Source: an uncultured virus (IMG/VR IMGVR_UViG_3300033996_000365) (lineage: Duplodnaviria; Heunggongvirae; Uroviricota; Caudoviricetes). From it: a stretch of DNA of 20,000 bases. The notes below the pieces were generated by a model. The model searched no databases and was not told the origin of the DNA. It saw only the letters and a list, made by a program, of their open reading frames with translations. Shown here in pieces: positions 16,397 to 20,000 of the stretch; position 1 is the first letter of the stretch; the number at the start of each line of letters is the position of its first letter. Both the position numbers and the translations under genes were made by a program. Location: the IMG/VR virus record IMGVR_UViG_3300033996_000365; one strand, given 5' to 3'.

Positions 16397-16819
16397 CTAG
16401 TTGATAGTCACGTTTGCTACCGTCGTTTGCGCCACCAAGTTGTTCGGTGTCAACCCTGCATCATTCGCCCTAGAGCCGCCTATCGGTGCCCAACCCCACT
16501 GGAAGATCCGGCTACCACCGCCGGGGAATCCATCCTGCAAGATGTTTGTGCCAGAGTTGTAGTCTGCCTGCAACCCCGTCATACCAGACTGCCAGTACGA
16601 CTTGTCCGGCCTTGGATCCCGTACCGCCTGCGGATCATTGACCGGATATAGGCCAAGACTCAACTGCGGCTGGTCAGGTTCCCAGCAAGTCGGACACACC
16701 TTGATCTTGACGTTCTTCGTCTTGATCGTCAGCGTCTTCAACACTTTGAGCTGATACCGGAAACCACACCGGTCACACTCTGAAATACTCTTTTTACCAC
16801 TAGCGTACTTGCTAGGCAT
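16397..16819 (-). CDS. Virion-module protein with CxxC...CxxC (putative Zn-binding)
   Basis: ECDRCGFRY...KVCPTCWEPDQPQL...DPQAVRDPRPD; AGGTG SD. Confidence 0.8.
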   Translation of the reverse strand: MPSKYASGKKSISECDRCGFRYQLKVLKTLTIKTKNVKIKVCPTCWEPDQPQLSLGLYPVNDPQAVRDPRPDKSYWQSGMTGLQADYNSGTNILQDGFPGGGSRIFQWGWAPIGGSRANDAGLTPNNLVAQTTVANVTIN

Positions 16820-16822
16820 ACA

Positions 16823-17563
16823 TCACCTATATGTGATCATGCGTGGCACCAGTCTATCCGGTGCCTTTTCCCGATCCTCGCCAGCCGCCATCTCCCACGC
16901 CTCGTCATACTGCGCCTTCAGAAACTGAATGCGCTCCAAACCACCAGGAACCTTCATCGCCAACCGGTATGCCAACCCGCAGATGATGGCCTCCTGAAAG
17001 CGGAATGGGATGTCCTCAACGTTTACACCGTTGCCTGCGTCAAACATCCTGCGCAGCCGCCAGTACACGAAGTAGTAGTACGGAGTCTGTGCCGTTCCCT
17101 GATCTGGTGACGGCCAAACGTTGATCTGCGGATTCTGCGGTGTTGCGCCCGGCACGTCCGTTGTCTGGCCGCTACGACGGTTTATCCAGACTTGGATCGG
17201 ACGCCCTTGCGTGATCTTGTTCGGGATCGTCGCGTAGGTCGAGACAGAGATTCGGTTGATGTTGATGTCTGACTGGGTGCCAATCTGACCGGGATTAGTT
17301 CGAATAACATGTTCCAGAAGATCCACGGTGTCAATAGGTAGATCATAGGTAACCTGCCCCTGAACAAGCGGTATCGTCCCTTGTTCAATAGTCCATAAAT
17401 TGATGCCACGGTTTGCCCACTCCGTCAGCAACAAGTTCAAGCTGCGCCGAGCGGTACGAAAATCGTAGCCCGTACGCATCTCAAGACCGCAACGCTCGAA
17501 AGCTTCTTCGAAGATTTCGTTGACGGTTGGATTGAACGTCGTTGTAGAAGTGGTGTATGCCAT
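16823..17563 (-). CDS. Head-tail connector / adaptor-like protein (P22 gp4-like)
   Basis: IFEEAFERCG....GYD.RTARRSLNLLL.EWANRGINLWT; GRP.Q.W; INVWPSPD; DIPFRF...I..GLAY.LAMK...LKAQYDE.W..A..EDRE. Confidence 0.7.
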   Translation of the reverse strand: MAYTTSTTTFNPTVNEIFEEAFERCGLEMRTGYDFRTARRSLNLLLTEWANRGINLWTIEQGTIPLVQGQVTYDLPIDTVDLLEHVIRTNPGQIGTQSDININRISVSTYATIPNKITQGRPIQVWINRRSGQTTDVPGATPQNPQINVWPSPDQGTAQTPYYYFVYWRLRRMFDAGNGVNVEDIPFRFQEAIICGLAYRLAMKVPGGLERIQFLKAQYDEAWEMAAGEDREKAPDRLVPRMITYR

Positions 17564-17796
17564 TACCTAAATCTCGCAGTCTTCTGTGCTATACCCTTGG
17601 GCTGTTTAACAAACTGCTTTCCTGCTTTCTTCCCTGCCCGCTTTGCCTTCGTCGTGGCGGCATACTCGGCTGGGCTTAGAGCCTTGATCGCCTTTTCCGG
17701 GAGATAACGCTCTCCGGTCTTTGACGATGGCTTGCCGCTTTTCGTTCGCCATTTCTGCTCACCCCATGACTTCAGGCTTTGCTGCGGAGCCTTCAT
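17563..17796 (-). CDS. Small basic protein resembling the C-terminal half of DUF5872
   Basis: QQSLKSW..QKWRTKSG......RYLPEKA...LSPAEYAAT..AKR......KQFV. Confidence 0.75.
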   Translation of the reverse strand: MKAPQQSLKSWGEQKWRTKSGKPSSKTGERYLPEKAIKALSPAEYAATTKAKRAGKKAGKQFVKQPKGIAQKTARFR

Positions 17797-18072
17797 TTAT
17801 TTCTTGCCCATCTTCTTCAACGTCTGCGCCAGTCTCGCCCGTTGACCTAATTTGCCAGTCTTCTTTGCTGCTGCCGCGAGCTTCTTGGCCGGGATGGGCT
17901 TGTCGCCTTTTACGCCAAGCTGACTGCGTAGTGCGCCGGGCTTCTTGATCGCTGACTGGATCCATTTCTTGGTCTCGCCACCTTTCTTCATGCCCTCAAC
18001 GCCACGGCCTTTCAAGACATCGGCCTGCGTCACTTTGCCGTCACCGGTTAGATCAGGAAACTTACTAGCCAC
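17797..18072 (-). CDS. Small basic protein (91 aa): EF-hand/dockerin-like loop + MKKGG + KWIQ..IKKPGAL module
   Basis: Start re-assigned to GTG 18072 with GGAGG 5 nt upstream; MASKFPDLTGDGKVTQADVLKGRGVEGMKKGGETKKWIQSAIKKPGALRSQLG...RARLAQTLKKMGKK. Confidence 0.8.
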   Translation of the reverse strand: MASKFPDLTGDGKVTQADVLKGRGVEGMKKGGETKKWIQSAIKKPGALRSQLGVKGDKPIPAKKLAAAAKKTGKLGQRARLAQTLKKMGKK

Positions 18073-18400
18073 GATAACCTCCGCCCTTTGCTTTGTAGCG
18101 CTTTGCAAGTAGCTGTGCCTTGCGGGCTGACCACTGTCCTGCTCCCGTGCCTTGTATCGCCTGCGCCTTGATGCTTTCAAACAGCGACTTGCGCATACTT
18201 GGCTTGGTGTAGTTGCCAGCCGCATTGACCTTAGACTTACCCGCAGCTCGCCTGACCGCATCTTCAACGGAAGGCTTGCCAAGACGTACTGACCCGCCCT
18301 TCTTGTACTCGGTGAAGTCAGTATTGTCCCGACGAGGTTTTACCCTCGCCTTTGGCATCTTGCTGGGGTTGATATCCCCCATGCCGCGAGATGGTCTCAT
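18065..18400 (-). CDS. Small basic protein; C-terminal part resembles the N-terminal half of DUF5872
   Basis: MRPSRGMG module, YKKGG, then NYTKPSMRKSLFESIKA....GQWSARKAQLLAKRYKAKGGGY. Confidence 0.8.
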   Translation of the reverse strand: MRPSRGMGDINPSKMPKARVKPRRDNTDFTEYKKGGSVRLGKPSVEDAVRRAAGKSKVNAAGNYTKPSMRKSLFESIKAQAIQGTGAGQWSARKAQLLAKRYKAKGGGYRG

Positions 18401-18401
18401 C

Positions 18402-19016
18402 TCAGCAGTACCCGCCTTTTTTCATACCCTTGTTGCCTGCCATCTTGACCATAGTGCCCTTGGTCTTGCCTTTAACAGCAACGCCATCACGACTAGGAGC
18501 AGCAGTCTTGACTGGACCCATCTTGGATGCACCCATGCCACCCATTGCCATTTTCTTGACTTTGCCGCCTTTTTTCATGCCTTTCATTTCAGCCTCCTCG
18601 TGCTTAATCATTGATTTGGGTGCGCCCTTCTTTTTCATGAACGCAATTTCTTCACCGACCTTCTTCTTTGACTCTGCCATACCGCCTCCTTTGGCTTTCT
18701 TGGAAAGGCCAGCTTCGGATAGACCGATGGCGATGGCCTGCTTGGGGTTGGTTACCTTCTGACCTGACGATGACTTCAGCTTGCCAGCCTTGAACTCAGT
18801 CATGACCTTGCCAACTTTAGCCTGTCCGCCTTTGGCAAAGCGCTGCGTCATCTGATCGTTCGGACCAGACATAGCTTGCGGCTGCATGTTGAACGTCTGA
18901 TTCATCCCGCCGCTCTGACCGCCAGCCTGCGGTTGGTTGCCGTAGAACGGATAGGTGGGCTGCTGCACTTGGCCGCCGGTAACACCACCGTCAGCGAACT
19001 TTTTGCGCTTTCTCAT
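18402..19016 (-). CDS. Multi-module basic protein containing a DUF6496-like segment and six phi-x-x-GG motifs
   Basis: FADGG, Gln-rich segment, FAKGG, KVGKVMTEFKAGKLKSSSGQKVTNPKQAIAIGLSEAG (approx. 18708-18818), KAKGG, MKKGG, MAMGG, RDGVAVKGKTKG, MKKGG. Confidence 0.8.
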   Translation of the reverse strand: MRKRKKFADGGVTGGQVQQPTYPFYGNQPQAGGQSGGMNQTFNMQPQAMSGPNDQMTQRFAKGGQAKVGKVMTEFKAGKLKSSSGQKVTNPKQAIAIGLSEAGLSKKAKGGGMAESKKKVGEEIAFMKKKGAPKSMIKHEEAEMKGMKKGGKVKKMAMGGMGASKMGPVKTAAPSRDGVAVKGKTKGTMVKMAGNKGMKKGGYC

Positions 19017-19261
19017 ACCATTTTCCCTCTGGTTTTACCGCGTTGAGCGCAACCATCAGCGCGAGCAGAAGCTGACCCAGCCATTCCGCCGCGAGCCTTT
19101 TTTTCTACTTTTGGCTTACCTTCGCCAGTCGCAGTGCGATAACCTTGGTTGGTCATTGCGTCCATCCTTTTGTACAGAACATCTAGCTCTGGTACAGACT
19201 CGCCACGCGCCCTGCGTGCCTCAAGTTCTGTGATGCGAGCTTGAATTTGTGACATGTCCAT
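19013..19261 (-). CDS. Small basic protein with C-terminal RADGCAQRGKTRG motif
   Basis: ATG 19261 overlaps the upstream stop (TGATG); ends KKARGGMAGSASARADGCAQRGKTRGKMV. Confidence 0.75.
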   Translation of the reverse strand: MDMSQIQARITELEARRARGESVPELDVLYKRMDAMTNQGYRTATGEGKPKVEKKARGGMAGSASARADGCAQRGKTRGKMV

Positions 19262-19872
19262 CAGCAAACCTTCCCGCGAGTCTTGCCGCGTTGAGCAATG
19301 CCATCTGCGCGCTTGGAAGCGGATGAAACAGTGCCACCCTTCTTCAAGCCAAACGTGCCTAAAAGCGCTCTTAGGCGGGTGCTCTTGCCAGTGTCGCTGA
19401 ACTTGCTTTTAGGAGTAGGCTGGAAATCAGACGCAGCTTTAGCGCGCTCTTTCATGCCACTTTCATCTACACCAAAAGACTGACTTGCACGCTTGGGCGC
19501 TTTCTTTGCAGGCTTGCGAGTGATGGTCTTCTTCTCTTCAACCACTTCGGCTGATGGGGTTTCATCCTCGCTTAACTTCTTCATGTACTTTCTAATGCTG
19601 CGCGGCTCTTCATCTTCACCGCCGCCAAAGCCAATGTCAGTACTGCGCCCGCTGCGCATGTAATCGCTAGACTCAGTATCGCCCACGTCAGGTGACTTCA
19701 TGCGGCGACCGCTGTAGTCACTACTCTCAGTCATATCCGCCGTAGCCTGCTCGTTATACGTACGCTCTGGAAAGCGCGTGCGCACCACCTCGCCGGAACC
19801 AGACCGCACAGGATTGCCGTAGCGATCACGCAGAACGCCGCCATCTTGGTAACGCTTGACCTTCTTCTTCAT
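19261..19872 (-). CDS. Charged low-complexity protein with YQDGG, LKKGG and C-terminal RADGIAQRGKTRG motif
   Basis: 203 aa, GGAGG SD, 4-nt overlap with the upstream gene; C-terminus paralogous to 19013..19261. Confidence 0.8.
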   Translation of the reverse strand: MKKKVKRYQDGGVLRDRYGNPVRSGSGEVVRTRFPERTYNEQATADMTESSDYSGRRMKSPDVGDTESSDYMRSGRSTDIGFGGGEDEEPRSIRKYMKKLSEDETPSAEVVEEKKTITRKPAKKAPKRASQSFGVDESGMKERAKAASDFQPTPKSKFSDTGKSTRLRALLGTFGLKKGGTVSSASKRADGIAQRGKTRGKVC

Positions 19873-20000
19873 AACACCCTCCGTTGCGACTCAATCAGTT
19901 GATCTATCTTGGTCTCAAGACGATTAAACCGCTGGTCAATATGATCTGTGATGCGATCTACTTCTGCCTTGGTAACGTTATCCCGCGCAATCTCCTCACG
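19869..20000 (-). CDS. 3' end of a small helical/coiled-coil phage protein (5'-truncated)
   Basis: ...REEIARDNVTKAEVDRITDHIDQRFNRLETKIDQLIESQRRVL*, TGA overlapping the next ATG. Confidence 0.7.
   Translation of the reverse strand, partial: REEIARDNVTKAEVDRITDHIDQRFNRLETKIDQLIESQRRVL

Larger units (their letters stand above)
1..20000 (-). mobile_element. Tailed phage (probably podovirus-like) structural and lysis module; phage genome or prophage segment
   Basis: About 34 abutting or overlapping ORFs all on the minus strand, almost no intergenic DNA; lysozyme, holin, Rz/Rz1, adaptor-like, nozzle-like, fibre and HNH genes; no host housekeeping genes seen. Confidence 0.95.

Noticed and set aside
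18073..18282. Track's long N-terminal extension of 17797..18282 (also 16231..16272 and 19262..19267)
   Set aside because: These overlap upstream genes; better SD-supported or coupled starts exist at 18072, 16230 and 19261
1..20000. tRNAs, promoters, intrinsic terminators, alternative genetic code
   Set aside because: Almost no intergenic space, no cloverleaf or hairpin-plus-U-tract recognised by eye, and TAA, TGA and TAG all serve as normal stops

Overview
The whole window is a gene-dense, single-strand (minus) virion-morphogenesis and lysis module of a tailed phage, most likely a short-tailed P22/SU10-like podovirus of the type common in freshwater metagenomes. The Rz/Rz1 spanin pair implies a Gram-negative host. 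In transcription order (20000 to 1): a cluster of small, very basic proteins with recurring phi-x-x-G-G motifs (DUF6496-like, split DUF5872-like and EF-hand/dockerin-like modules); two head-tail adaptor-like genes and a CxxC protein; several tail-associated proteins, one with 20-aa repeats; a free-standing HNH-AP2 endonuclease; two paralogous glycine-rich fibre/adhesin genes with putative accessory genes and a TIGR02466-type 2OG-Fe(II) oxygenase; a lysis cassette (membrane proteins, holin, GH24 lysozyme, Rz with embedded Rz1); a tail nozzle/stabilisation protein; and a large ejection/pilot-like protein running off the window. I added ORFs the track missed (1..2076, 5481..5555, 14082..14255, 16238..16390, 19869..20000) and corrected several starts, including a probable ATT start at 6918. 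The best candidate for an undescribed system is the di-glycine-delimited array of small basic modules, whose motif is shared with the ejection-like protein: possibly a packaged, protease-processed or capsid-targeted cargo set. All family assignments come from motif recognition, not database searches.
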